DNA of 49,150 nucleotides from Nemertoderma westbladi. Taxonomy: Eukaryota; Animalia; Xenacoelomorpha. The stretch covers positions 1 through 49,150 of the forward strand of contig JAUCBJ010003922.1 in NCBI GenBank assembly GCA_032718475.1, read 5' to 3'. Below the pieces are notes generated by a model, which did not search any database, was not told the origin of the DNA, and was given only the letters and a program-made list of their open reading frames with translations. Below are positions 15,001 to 26,750 of this stretch, one piece after another; the stretch's first letter is position 1; each line of letters starts with the position of its first letter. The position numbers and the translations under genes are program-made.

Positions 15001-18000
15001 GGTAAGGGATACATTAAAGATACTGTACTTAATTATAGATACTCAGTCAGGTAAGAGATACATTAAAGATACTGTACTTAATTATAGATACTCAGTCAGG
15101 TAAGGGATACATTAAAGATACTGTACTTAATTATATATACTCAGTCAGGTAAGGGATACATTAAAGATAGCCTACTGTACTTAATTATAGATACTCAGTC
15201 AGGTAAGGGATACATTAAAGATACTGTACTTAATTATAGATACTCAGTCAGGTAAGAGATACATTAAAGATACTGTACTTAATTATAGATACTCAGTCAG
15301 GTAAGGGATACATTAAAGATACTGTACTTAATTATAGATACTCAGTCAGGTAAGGGATACATTAAAGATACTGTACTTAATTATAGATACTCAGTCAGGT
15401 AAGGGATACATTAAAGATACTGTACTTAATTATAGATACTCAGTCAGGTAAGGGATACATTAAAGATACTGTACTTAATTATAGGTACTCAGTCAGGTAA
15501 GGGAAACATTAAAGATACTGTACTTAATTATAGATACTCAGTCAGGTAAGGGATACATTAAAGATACTGTACTTAATTATAGATACTCAGTCAGGTAAGG
15601 GATACATTAAAGATACTGTACTTAATTATAGATACTCAGTCAGGTAAGGGATACTTTAAAGATACTGTACTTAATTATAGATATTCAGTCAGGTAAGGGA
15701 TACATTAAAGATACTGGTACTTAATTATAGATACTCAGTCAGGTAAGGGATACATTAAAGATACTGTACTTAATTATAGATACTCAGTCAGGTAAGGGAT
15801 ACATTAAAGATACTGTACTTAATTATACATACTCAGTCAGGTAAGGGATACATTAAAGATACTGTACTTAATTATAGATACTCAGTCAGGTAAGGGATAC
15901 TTTAAAGATACTGTACTTAATTATAGATACTCAGTCAGGTAAGGGATACATTAAAGATACTGTACTTAATTATAGATACTCAGTCAGGTAAGGGATACAT
16001 TAAAGATACTGTACTTAATTATAGATACTCAGTCAGGTAAGGGATACATTAAAGATACTGTACTTAATTATAGATACTCAGTCAGGTAAGGGATACTTTA
16101 AAGATACTGTACTTAATTATAGATATTCAGTCAGGTAAGGGATACATTAAAGATACTGGTACTTAATTATAGATACTCAGTCAGGTAAGAGATAGATTAA
16201 AGATACTGTACTTAATTATAGATACTCAGTGAGGTAAGGGATACATTAAAGATACTGTACTTAATTATAGATACTCAGTCAGGTAAGGGATACATTAAAG
16301 ATACTGTACTTAATTATAGATACTCAGTCAGGTAAGGGATACATTAAAGATACTGTACTTAATTATAGATACTCAGTCAGGTAAGGGATACTTTAAAGAT
16401 ACTGTACTTAATTATAGATATTCAGTCAGGTAAGGGATACATTAAAGATACTGGTACTTAATTATAGATACTCAGTCAGGTAATAGATAGATTAAAGATA
16501 CTGTACTTAATTATAGATACTCAGTGAGGTAAGGGATACATTAAAGATACTGTACTTAATTATAGATACTCAGTCAGGTAAGGGATACATTAAAGATAGC
16601 CTGCTGTACTTAATTATAGATACTCAGTCAGGTAAGGGATACATTAAAGATACTGTACTTAATTATAGATACTCAGTCAGGTAAGGATACATTAAAGATA
16701 CTGTACTTAATTATAGATACTCAGTCAGGTAAGGGATACATTAAAGATACTGTACTTAATTATAGATACTCAGTCAGGTAAGGGATACTTTAAAGATACT
16801 GTACTTAATTATAGATATTCAGTCAGGTAAGGGATACATTAAAGATACTGGTACTTAATTATAGATACTCAGTCAGGTAAGAGATACATTAAAGATACTG
16901 TACTTAATTATAGATACTCAGTGAGGTAAGGGATACATTAAAGATACTGTACTTAATTATAGATACTCAGTCAGGTAAGGGATACATTAAAGATTCTGTA
17001 CTTAATTATAGATACTCAGTCAGGTAAGAGATACATTAAAGATTCTGTACTTAATTATAGATACTCAGTCAGGTAAGAGATACATTAAAGATACTGTACT
17101 TAATTATAGATACTCAGTCAGGTAAGAGATACATTAAAGATACTGTACTTAATTATAGATACTCAGTCAGGTAAGGGATACATTAAAGATTCTGTACTTA
17201 ATTATAGATACTCAGTCAGGTAAGGGATACATTAAAGATTCTGTACTTAATTATAGATACTCAGTCAGGTAAGAGATACATTAAAGATACTGTACTTAAT
17301 TATAGATACTCAGTCAGGTAAGAGATACATTAAAGATACTGTACTTAATTATAGATACTCAGTCAGGTAAGGGATACATTAAAGATACTGTACTTAATTA
17401 TAGATACTCAGTCAGGTAAGAGATACATTAAAGATACTGTACTTAATTATAGATACTCAGTCAGGTAAGAGATAGATTAAAGATACTGTACTTAATTATA
17501 GATACTCAGTCAGGTAAGGGATACATTAAAGATAGCCTGCTGTACTTAATTATAGATACTCAGTCAGGTAAGGGATACATTAAAGATACTGTACTTAATT
17601 ATAGATACTCAGTCAGGTAAGGGATACATTAAAGATACTGTACTTAATTATAAATACTCAGTCAGGTAAGGGATACATTAAAGATAGCCTGCTGTACTTA
17701 ATTATAGATACTCAGTCAGGTAAGGGATACATTAAAGATACTGTACTTAATTATAGATACTCAGTCAGGTAAGGGATACATTAAAGATACTGTACTTAAT
17801 TATAGATACTCAGTCAGGTAAGGGATAGATTAAAGATACTGTACTTAATTATAGATACTCAGTCAGGTAAGAGATAGATTAAAGATAATGTACTTAATTA
17901 TAGATACTCAGTCAGGTAAGGGATACATTAAAGATACTGTACTTAATTATAGATACTCAGTCAGGTAAGGGATACATTAAAGATACTGTACTTAATTATA

Positions 18001-19740
18001 GATACTCAGTCAGGTAAGGGATACATTAAAGATAGCCTGCTGTACTTAATTATAGATACTCAGTCAGGTAAGGGATACATTAAAGATACTGTACTTAATT
18101 ATAGATACTCAGTCAGGTAAGGGATACATTAAAGATACTGTACTTAATTATAGATACTCAGTCAGGTAAGGGATACATTAAAGATACTGTACTTAATTAT
18201 AGATACTCAGTCAGGTAAGAGATACATTAAAGATACTGTACTTAATTATAGATACTCAGTCAGGTAAGGGATACATTAAAGATACTGTACTTAATTATAG
18301 ATACTCAGTCAGGTAAGGGATACATTAAAGATACTGTACTTAATTATAGATACTCAGTCAGGTAAGGGATACATTAAAGACTGTACTTAATTATAGATAC
18401 TCAGTCAGGTAAGGGATACATTAAAGATTCTGTACTTAATTATAGATACTCAGTCAGGTAAGGGATACATTAAAGATAATGTACTTAATTATAGATACTC
18501 AGTCAGGTAAGGGATACATTAAAGATACTGTACTTAATTATAGATACTCAGTCAGGTAAGGGATACATTAAAGATTCTGTACTTAATTATAGATACTCAG
18601 TCAGGTAAGAGATACATTAAAGATACTGTACTTAATTATAGATACTCAGTCAGGTAAGGGATACATTAAAGATACTGTACTTAATTATAGATACTCAGTC
18701 AGGTAAGAGATACATTAAAGATACTGTACTTAATTATAGATACTCAGTCAGGTAAGGGATACATTAAAGATACTGTACTTAATTATAGATACTCAGTCAG
18801 GTAAGAGATAGATTAAAGATACTGTACTTAATTATAGATACTCAGTCAGGTAAGAGATACATTAAAGATACTGTACTTAATTATAGATACCCAGTCAGGT
18901 AAGGGATACATTAAAGATACTGTACTTAATTATAGATACTCAGTCAGGTAAGGGATACATTAAAGATACTGTACTTAATTATAGATACTCAGTCAGGTAA
19001 GGGATACATTAAAGACTGTACTTAATTATAGATACTCAGTCAGGTAAGGGATACATTAAAGATTCTGTACTTAATTATAGATACTCAGTCAGGTAAGGGA
19101 TACATTAAAGATAATGTACTTAATTATAGATACTCAGTCAGGTAAGGGATACATTAAAGATACTGTACTTAATTATAGATACTCAGTCAGGTAAGGGATA
19201 CATTAAAGATTCTGTACTTAATTATAGATACTCAGTCAGGTAAGAGATACATTAAAGATACTGTACTTAATTATAGATACTCAGTCAGGTAAGGGATACA
19301 TTAAAGATACTGTACTTAATTATAGATACTCAGTCAGGTAAGAGATACATTAAAGATACTGTACTTAATTATAGATACTCAGTCAGGTAAGGGATACATT
19401 AAAGATACTGTACTTAATTATAGATACTCAGTCAGGTAAGAGATACATTAAAGATACTGTACTTAATTATAGATACTCAGTCAGGTAAGGGATACATTAA
19501 AGATACTGTACTTAATTATAGATACTCAGTCAGGTAAGGGATACATTAAAGATAGCCTACTGTACTTAATTATAGATACTCAGTCAGGTAAGGGATACAT
19601 TAAAGATACTGTACTTAATTATAGATACTCAGTCAGGTAAGGGATACATTAAAGATACTGTACTTAATTATAGATACTCAGTCAGGTAAGGGATACATTA
19701 AAGATACTGTATTTAATTATAGATTCTCAGTCGGGTAAGG
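5993..19740 (+). repeat. 49-bp minisatellite (~280 units, ~13.7 kb) derived from Epac exon end plus donor site
   Basis: Unit ATACTCAGTCAG|GTAAGGGATACATTAAAGATACTGTACTTAATTATAG. The first unit overlaps the last 12-14 nt of the exon. The core at about 8870-13960 is near-invariant. Confidence 0.97.
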
Positions 19741-19764
19741 ATTTGACGATAATAACCCAGTCAT

Positions 19765-20105
19765 TCATTGATGAAATTAAACCAAACTTGGTACGTATGT
19801 ACTCCGTCAAAGGAACCAAACTTAGTAAACATGTGGTCTGTCTAAGGTTTAGATTGTAGAGTTTTGTCAAAAAAGTCTTTCTGTTGGTACCGGTAGTTAA
19901 TAGTCTTTTGATAAAACCGAAATAAGTCTGCCAGTCATTGCTGACATGAAACCAGACTTGGTACTTATGCAGTAAAAGTTTAGAAAAAGTTGTAAAAAAT
20001 GAGACAGTCTTTCAGTCAGTACCGGTTGTTTCAGGATTTTGATAAAAACGAAATAAGTCCGTCAATTATTGATGAAATTTTACCAAACTTGGTACGTATG
20101 CAGTC
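19765..20105. repeat. Degenerate dispersed or tandem repeat, probable transposon remnant
   Basis: ACCA(A/G)ACTTGGTAC(G/T)TATG occurs 3 times (~19780, ~19950, ~20082) and TTTTGATAAAA-CGAAATAAGTC twice (~19906, ~20037). Confidence 0.5.
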
Positions 20106-20712
20106 TCGTGTTGGCGAAGAGGCCACACGAACATGTTGCGAATAAAAGTTTATTGAATTAATTGTTGTTTTATTGTAACTTGCTGTGATTAACTAAAGGA
20201 GACAGGGGGGGGGGGGAATGGTCGCAAATCCGATCTTGGCGAATTAATATCGCCTCAATGTTAAATTCTCAATTTAGGGAAAGGAGCAGGTTACATTGGC
20301 ACGTTATTTGAATAATAAACTAAATACAATAGAACAGGTTACAGTTTTATTTTTGAGAGTAATCATCTGTTATTTGCGTCCAATTTCCCCCGGAGAGGGA
20401 TTAATTTTTATTGCGTCCAGTCCCCCCCCCCCCCCCCCCCCCCTCCCATCTGGACTAAAGTTTAAGTTATTCCTTGGCCACCCACTGTTGTACTTCTTTC
20501 ATTATTATGTTATATACAGTACATATGTCTATGTGCTGTTTTTTTAAGTATTTTGTGCTAATAACTGTAAGCTGATCTGCAACCGGTAATATTCTGTATT
20601 CATTGATACTGTTAACGCGAACAACAATGGCTCTAATTGACGTGTCGAAATAAAACACAAACCTGAAATATTCCATGCTTTAGCATATTATTTATATTTT
20701 CGTGGTTCTTAG

Positions 20713-20947
20713 ATTGGGCCAGATGCCATTCTTCGGGTAAACCTTCGTAAAAGCCCTACCGACCGGTCTCCAGACGATCTGGAGATAATATATGATGAGT
20801 TAGTTCATATTAAAGCGCTAAGTCATCTATCCACCATGGTGAAGCGGCAGTTGGCCTCTGTTATTATTCTAGAATTCCATGAAAATGCAGGAACAGTGCT
20901 GTTCCATCAAGGGGAGGAAGGCCGTAGCTGGTATATCATACTGAAAG
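20713..20947 (+). CDS. RAPGEF4: Epac exon (start of cNMP-binding domain)
   Basis: ttcttag|ATT...AAAG|gtaagt; [50 protein letters not shown]...[16 protein letters not shown]; 235 nt, phase 0 to 1. Not in the ORF track. Confidence 0.93.
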
Positions 20948-21050
20948 GTAAGTGAGAAAAAGTTAATCAACCGTTGTTAATTAACGCCTTCTCTTTACGC
21001 ACCTACTGTAGTACCAGAAACCTGCAAACTTTCGGTATTTATCTACGCAG

Positions 21051-21249
21051 GTTCTGTAAATGTTATGATACGGGGGAAGGGCACCGTCTGCACATTGCAT
21101 GAAGGTGACGATTTCGGTAAACTTGCCTTGGTTAACGACGCACCCAGGGCCGCCTCTATCGTAATGAGGGAGGACTATTGCCACTTCCTTCGCGTCGATA
21201 AGGACGACTTCAACCGAATACTTCGCGATGTCGAAGCTAATACTGTGAG
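21051..21249 (+). CDS. RAPGEF4: Epac exon (cNMP-binding domain, phosphate-binding cassette)
   Basis: tacgcag|GT...GTGAG|gtaatt; [66 protein letters not shown](R); 199 nt, phase 1 to 2. Confidence 0.95.
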
Positions 21250-21424
21250 GTAATTATAAATTTACCCGCCTTTTACGTTATGGCCGTTCTTTACTTATTA
21301 CAGTAATTAGTTCGATTATATCAATGGCCAATTCAATTATGGTATATATTATTTTTCTTTCCAGATATATTCTTTATTTTCCAACAGTTAACTACTACTA
21401 CTACTACTACTCCCTACTACTGAA

Positions 21425-21630
21425 GGCGGGCTAGCTCGGTTGGTTGAGCCCCGGGCTTAGAATCTATTGGTTGTGGGTTCGACCCCCGCTAAGGTTAACT
21501 CACTCATCCTTCCATCCACTGGGGCCGATAAAATTAGTACCAGTTCACTTACTGGGAGCAAAACTTTGGTACCGCCCACCCCTACCCCCGAGTTGCAGCT
21601 ATCGAAAGAGGACCCTTAGGCTAAACTCAC
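21425..21630 (+). mobile_element. tRNA-derived SINE with Nin/Deu-like core domain
   Basis: A box TAGCTCGGTTGG (21432), B box GGTTCGACCCC (21476), then CATCCTTCCATCCACTGGGGCCGATAAAATTAGTACCAG resembling the Nin-SINE core, then an A-rich tail. Preceded by a (TAC)n tract at 21391-21420. Confidence 0.7.
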
Positions 21631-21689
21631 AAAAGAACCCAAAAAAAACAAAAGACCCCAATAGAACACCAAAAAGAACTCAAAGTAAT

Positions 21690-23000
21690 TGTGGTTGATT
21701 TTGTTCTACGCATCTCCTTAGACCATCTTAATAAAGATGGGTTGATGGTAACACCCCCTACTGGCACAAGAATTAGAGGAAATCCAGCAAAGTACCTTAC
21801 TGATCTAGACTTTGCTGATGACAATGGCGGGTACTGTCAGAATCACGAGAGGGAGCCAAAAGGCTCCTCTGCTCATTAGAGCAAGTTGCTTCTAGTGTTG
21901 GTCTTTTTGTAAATTCCAAGAAGACCAAAATCATGACAGTCAACCTAGACAGCCCTCAATAAATAGCTGATCGTAAGATCATATGCTCTAAGGATAGCTT
22001 GCTTGAGCACGTGGAGATGGATGACTTCTGCTACTTGGGATCATTAAAATACTTTCAGGTATACTCCGGGGGTGGAGAATCTGTTGGGGGTGTAGAGGGT
22101 CTTGCCACGAGTTATAAAAATATAAATGTTACCGTATGCGCATTTCACCCGTTGCGGGCGTCCTCAGCGGTTCATTATTATAATATTATATACATTAAAA
22201 TAGGAACATATCAATTTAAATAAAATGGTAGGACTACAGGTCTGCAGGTTATTGGGTGGGGTAGCAGTCTGCAAGCGGGCGGGCTGCCTGCGGCTGTTAG
22301 GTCGCTACCGGTATCAAGGATGCGGGCTGACGAGCTGATGCGGACAAGGGGGCTAAGGGCTAACTCGTGGCAAGACCCTATACACCCCCAACAGATTCTC
22401 CACCCTCGGAGTATACCTGAAAGTATTTTAATCATGCTTACGCCACGCTTGACGTCAACCAGAAACATTAAATATTTGGACTTGGGATCATGGATCAGAA
22501 AGTCAGGTGAAGGAAGTCCATAAGGAAGGCATGGGCAGCTTTAAATAGTCTGTCCAGGATTTGGAAGTCCCATAGAATAAAGTGGTACCTTAAGGTTCGA
22601 TTATTTATGGCAGCAGTAGTACCAGTACTCTTATGGGAGTCCATGCTGGGCTCTAACTGCAGCGGATACCAAATCTCTGGATGGCACATTCACAAGAATG
22701 CTACGCCGGGTTCATTGTGTCAAGTACAATAAACACATATCCAATCAGACTCTATACAACATTGGAGGTGTTCCATTACTCTCCCCTAGCTTGAAACTTG
22801 AATGGAACCTGGGAACCGCCCCCGCTTTGCAGGACATTGCTTTCGCCGTGAGGACCAGCCAGTGCATAATATGTTGTGCTTTGGCGCCCTCATGGAGCGA
22901 ATAAGAATGGTAAACCGCCAATGACTTTCTTAAGACGCATCTTAAAGGACGCTGTCCTTGAAGATGCGGATGATCTAGCAAATGTCATGGGCAATTACTT
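21690..23000 (+). pseudogene. Decayed RTE-like LINE RT fragment, interrupted by a MITE
   Basis: Frameshifted remnants: LTDLDFADD, VGLFVNSKKTKIM, DDFCYLGS / LGSWI, AWAALNSLSRIWKS, LDGTFTRMLRRV, RFAGHCFRREDQP. Confidence 0.75.
22043..22432. mobile_element. MITE-like element with 72-bp inverted repeats
   Basis: 22043-22114 is the reverse complement of 22361-22432 with 2 mismatches. A 12-bp direct repeat ACTTGGGATCAT at 22033-22044 and 22480-22491 brackets the whole insertion. Confidence 0.8.
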
Positions 23001-23355
23001 ACATTGACTGATTGATGAGATACTGTAGATGGTTTATAGAGTGATCCATGTTTATGGCGGGAATTTCAAATATCCTCAAACACGCCTAACTTATGTCCGA
23101 AGGTGCTAGCCGTTTGCCTGCATCCCTGCTGGCTGCACCCTGAACCTGTATCCGACACCAACACGGTCTGACGCACTGACGGTGGTTTACTTTGCTTATT
23201 GCAGTACTGCCAGACTGCAGTATTGTACAGTATTGACTGATAGCTACTTTCCTCGTGTCCTGCATAGTCCTGTAGTCCCTATACAGCTATATTTTAGGCC
23301 TAAGGAATTATACTGTAATAGCGCCAAATAGTAGGCCTAATATAATTGTTGAATT

Positions 23356-25695
23356 ATGACGAGTATTGAGGTTGAACCAATTTTTATTTGCGGTGGATGC
23401 AATCCAGGTTGTCACTCACTTTCCTGGGGACCCAATGGTGTTATCGCTTACGCTAGTTGCCACTCGGTGTACATTGTTCTGCGAGAGGGGAAAGAAAACA
23501 TACTGTCTGTAACATCGACAAATAATCGCCACAACGCTGCAGTTCGTTCCCTACGTTGGTCCCAATACGACAGCACTGATAACGCAGCCAATTGTTATCT
23601 GATTTCTGGAGCGAATGACGGCGAGGTGATCTTATGGAACCCGTCGAAGTGCGTTCGTCTACTGGACCTCCAATACCGATTTAAGGCTCATGAGGACGCC
23701 GTAATATCTGTAGATACGGTGTGGCGAGACGGTGGCGTTTTACTTTTAGCTTCCAGTGGCGCAGATAACAAAGTTAATTTATGGTCAATCAGTATTGAGG
23801 ATGGAAGATGTGTGGCATCTCTGTCAGACTCAGTAGATTTCGAAAGATCTTTTGTTCTTGATTTAGCCTTCCATAGTTGGTCGCTTAGCACCGATGTTGT
23901 ATTGGCTTGCGCTTCTTGTGACTCATCGATACGTCTATTTACTATAAACCGAGAAAGTATATTGAAAAGTGCAATCAAACTAGTTGGTCACGCAGATTGG
24001 GTGCGAGCGTTGAGCTTTAGCGCAGCGGGTAGTTCCACGGAGACACTCCTAGCTAGCGGTTCCAACGACGGGTTTGTTCGATTGTGGAGGTTTTCTTTAG
24101 CGCGAGTCGACGCGTTTACATCGAGTAACAAACTAAGGATTACCAGCAATAGATTCGCCGTTACCGCAGATACGGAGACTGTTTGGGTGACGGTTTGTTC
24201 CGAGGCTGTCCTCAGTGGTCACGACGCCACTGTGTACGGCGTCGCGTGGCAACCAAACAGCGAGGTGCTGTTGACAACGTCGGCGGATAAAACGTTGATT
24301 ATTTGGAGTCGTCAGGGCGGTTTAGAGCATTCCGTGTGGGAGGAGCAGAGCCGTGTGGGCGCTGTGGGCCCGGCCTCGTTCGCCCTGTATGGGGCGGTAT
24401 GGGAGCCCAATGGGGCGGCGGTGCTCGCCCACAGTTACAGGGGCGCCTTCCATCTGTGGGAGCGGAACGGTGGGGGTTGGGTCGCCGGTGTTGCACCACT
24501 GGGGCATGGCGCACCGGTCACCGGACTGGTCTGGGAACCGGGGGCGGGCCGCTACCTCCTCTCTGTATCGCAGGACCAGACCGCCCGGGTTTACTGCGAG
24601 TGGAGGCGAGCGGAGGGAGCCGTTAGCTCGTGGCACGAGGTCGCTCGTCCGCAGGTCCACGGACACGATATTGAGTGTGTCGCCGCTCTCAGCTCGCACG
24701 CGTTCGCAACCGGTGCAGAAGAGAAAGTCATCCGACTGTTCGCAGCCCCTCGTTCCTTTACTCGCAACCTATTCAATCTATCCGGTATCTGTTTACCTGC
24801 GTTGTCTGGGCAACCCCTAGGCGCCGCGGTCCCTCCGCTCGGGCTCTCTAATAAAGCGGTCGATCAAGAGAACTTAGACTCGGACGATATTGGCGCCTTC
24901 GTAGACTTTCAACTGTGTTCCCCTCCCACCGAGGAACACTTGGTTCAGAACACTCTGTGGCCCGAGACGCACAAACTTTACGGTCACGGTTACGAGTTGT
25001 ACAGTCTGGCTGCCAGTCCGGACGGCTCTGTGGTGGCGTCCTCGTGCAAGGCGAGCAGCGGAGAGCATGCGACAGTGCGGTTGTGGGACGCTGCGACGGG
25101 ACGACCCGTCGCCACGCTCCCGGGACATTCGCTCACAGTCACCGCGCTGCGCTTCAGTCACTCCGGCGATCAGATACTTTCAGTTTCGAGGGACCGCACG
25201 TGGTGTCTCTATCGGAGTGAGTCGCGCACAGACTGGAGGCTGGTCTACCGGTCCCCCGCCGGTAAGGCTGGTCTCCACTCTCGTGTCATCTGGTCTTGTT
25301 CCTGGTCCCATGACGATTCGTTATTCGTAACGGCGTCTCGCGATAAGAAACTCGTGGTTTGGTATCGCGGAAGCGACGTGGCGGATTCTGATTGGTCGGG
25401 CAGCCCATTGATCCTCCCATCTCCAGTCACGGCGGTTGATTTCGCACCTCGCTTCTCCAAGAGTGGCTCGTATCTCGTTGCATCGGGGTTGGAATCTGGT
25501 TCTATCTGTCTCCACACGTGGTCTATGGACTCAGGTTGGACTGAAAAACTTCGACTAGATACCTCTATAGCTCATTGCCTGAGCGTTACGTCGTTGCTAT
25601 GGAAACCTATAGACTTGAATTCATTGTCAGATAACTTATTACTAGCTAGTTCTTCCACTGATTGCGCAGTTAAGATTTACAAGGTTATGTTGTAA
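23356..25695 (+). CDS. ELP2: Elongator complex protein 2 (WD40 repeat), intronless, nested in an Epac intron
   Basis: 779-aa intact ORF with ELP2 signatures: LVGHADWVRAL, YLLSVSQDQTAR, WHEVARPQVHGHD, GAEEKVIRLF, LGLSNKAV, PPTEEHLVQNTLWPETHKLYGHGYELY, HSLTVTALRFS, HSRVIWSCSW, TASRDKK. Confidence 0.93.
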   Translation: MTSIEVEPIFICGGCNPGCHSLSWGPNGVIAYASCHSVYIVLREGKENILSVTSTNNRHNAAVRSLRWSQYDSTDNAANCYLISGANDGEVILWNPSKCVRLLDLQYRFKAHEDAVISVDTVWRDGGVLLLASSGADNKVNLWSISIEDGRCVASLSDSVDFERSFVLDLAFHSWSLSTDVVLACASCDSSIRLFTINRESILKSAIKLVGHADWVRALSFSAAGSSTETLLASGSNDGFVRLWRFSLARVDAFTSSNKLRITSNRFAVTADTETVWVTVCSEAVLSGHDATVYGVAWQPNSEVLLTTSADKTLIIWSRQGGLEHSVWEEQSRVGAVGPASFALYGAVWEPNGAAVLAHSYRGAFHLWERNGGGWVAGVAPLGHGAPVTGLVWEPGAGRYLLSVSQDQTARVYCEWRRAEGAVSSWHEVARPQVHGHDIECVAALSSHAFATGAEEKVIRLFAAPRSFTRNLFNLSGICLPALSGQPLGAAVPPLGLSNKAVDQENLDSDDIGAFVDFQLCSPPTEEHLVQNTLWPETHKLYGHGYELYSLAASPDGSVVASSCKASSGEHATVRLWDAATGRPVATLPGHSLTVTALRFSHSGDQILSVSRDRTWCLYRSESRTDWRLVYRSPAGKAGLHSRVIWSCSWSHDDSLFVTASRDKKLVVWYRGSDVADSDWSGSPLILPSPVTAVDFAPRFSKSGSYLVASGLESGSICLHTWSMDSGWTEKLRLDTSIAHCLSVTSLLWKPIDLNSLSDNLLLASSSTDCAVKIYKVML

Positions 25696-26518
25696 TTTAA
25701 ATTTTGGGAAGAATTAAATTATCTGCTTATAGAATTTCTTGCTTTTTATTTAATTTTTCGAATTATTTTGTGATGCGTTTAACTTGTGTTCGACTAGATG
25801 TTAATATATAGTTAACAAAGTCTAAAGGCGGGAGGATCATTATTATTCAACTGTAATACTTTTGAGCTGAATAGAGATTGTATATTTCCGCGGGCCTTTC
25901 TCATCCCTTAATAATTTATGTATATATCCAAGACTGCTGTTTGGAAAGTTTCTGCTCTTTCTGAATCTGTATTCTGATTATTTATTATTTCTAGCCCGAT
26001 AATTAATTATTTTTTAATTTACGAGCTAGCTTGTGATTTTTTTTCCAAAACTGACATTTACAAATTATCTATTATTATTGAAATATTTTCACAGTATTTT
26101 ATAGAGCCAACCACCTCATTGTCACAAAAATGGGAGTCGCAATATTCTTTAGCTGAATGTTTTAAATAACAGTTTGTCTGGTTATTGGTGTCGAGGTATG
26201 AATATATGATTTACTGTAAACAACTCTGACAGAAATTCTTCAGTCAACTCCTTGTATGTACGTCTTGGTAATAGTGAAAGTACCTTGGGGATTCTAGCAG
26301 CTTGTTGACAACTTGTTGACAACTTGTTAAAATAATATATTGTAATAGGAGCAATTGCAATCGAATAATAATAAATCGTGTATAGTAGAACTCTAAGCAT
26401 ATAATGGAAAATAACAATTATTATTGTACTGTGTAATGCTACTGATAAATGGGCTTAAGGACTGGTGGAATGGCTGAAAAATGGACTTGTTACATAAGTG
26501 ATTAATTAATTTGTTTAG

Positions 26519-26614
26519 ATTGAAGGAGCATGGACAAGATGTTCTTGTACTCGAGAAGATCCCAGTTCGCATGTTGGCCCCAACAACCACAACAGATATC
26601 AACACAAACCATCG
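26519..26614 (+). CDS. RAPGEF4: Epac exon (VLVLE hinge/switchboard)
   Basis: tgtttag|A...CATCG|gtatgt; (R)LKEHGQDVLVLEKIPVRMLAPTTTTDINTNH(R); 96 nt, phase 2 to 2. Confidence 0.92.
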
Positions 26615-26750
26615 GTATGTATTCTGTAAACAATAACTAATAAGACTAATAACAACTACAATCACCAACCTTATCCGTTGAGATTATTTCATTTTTTTGC
26701 TCCCAATTTTCTCTCCTGACCTAAACAACGACATCAATATATTTTTTTAG

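Noticed and set aside
20204-20547. Poly-G/poly-C tracts and the proline-run ORF (also poly-C at ~44866-44897)
   Set aside because: Simple homopolymers. The ORFs that include them are incidental.
21425-21495. tRNA gene
   Set aside because: A and B boxes are present, but there is no convincing acceptor stem and it continues into a SINE core and A-rich tail.
23688-25517. Short overlapping ORFs within ELP2
   Set aside because: Alternative-frame shadows of a GC-rich coding region, with no recognisable motifs.
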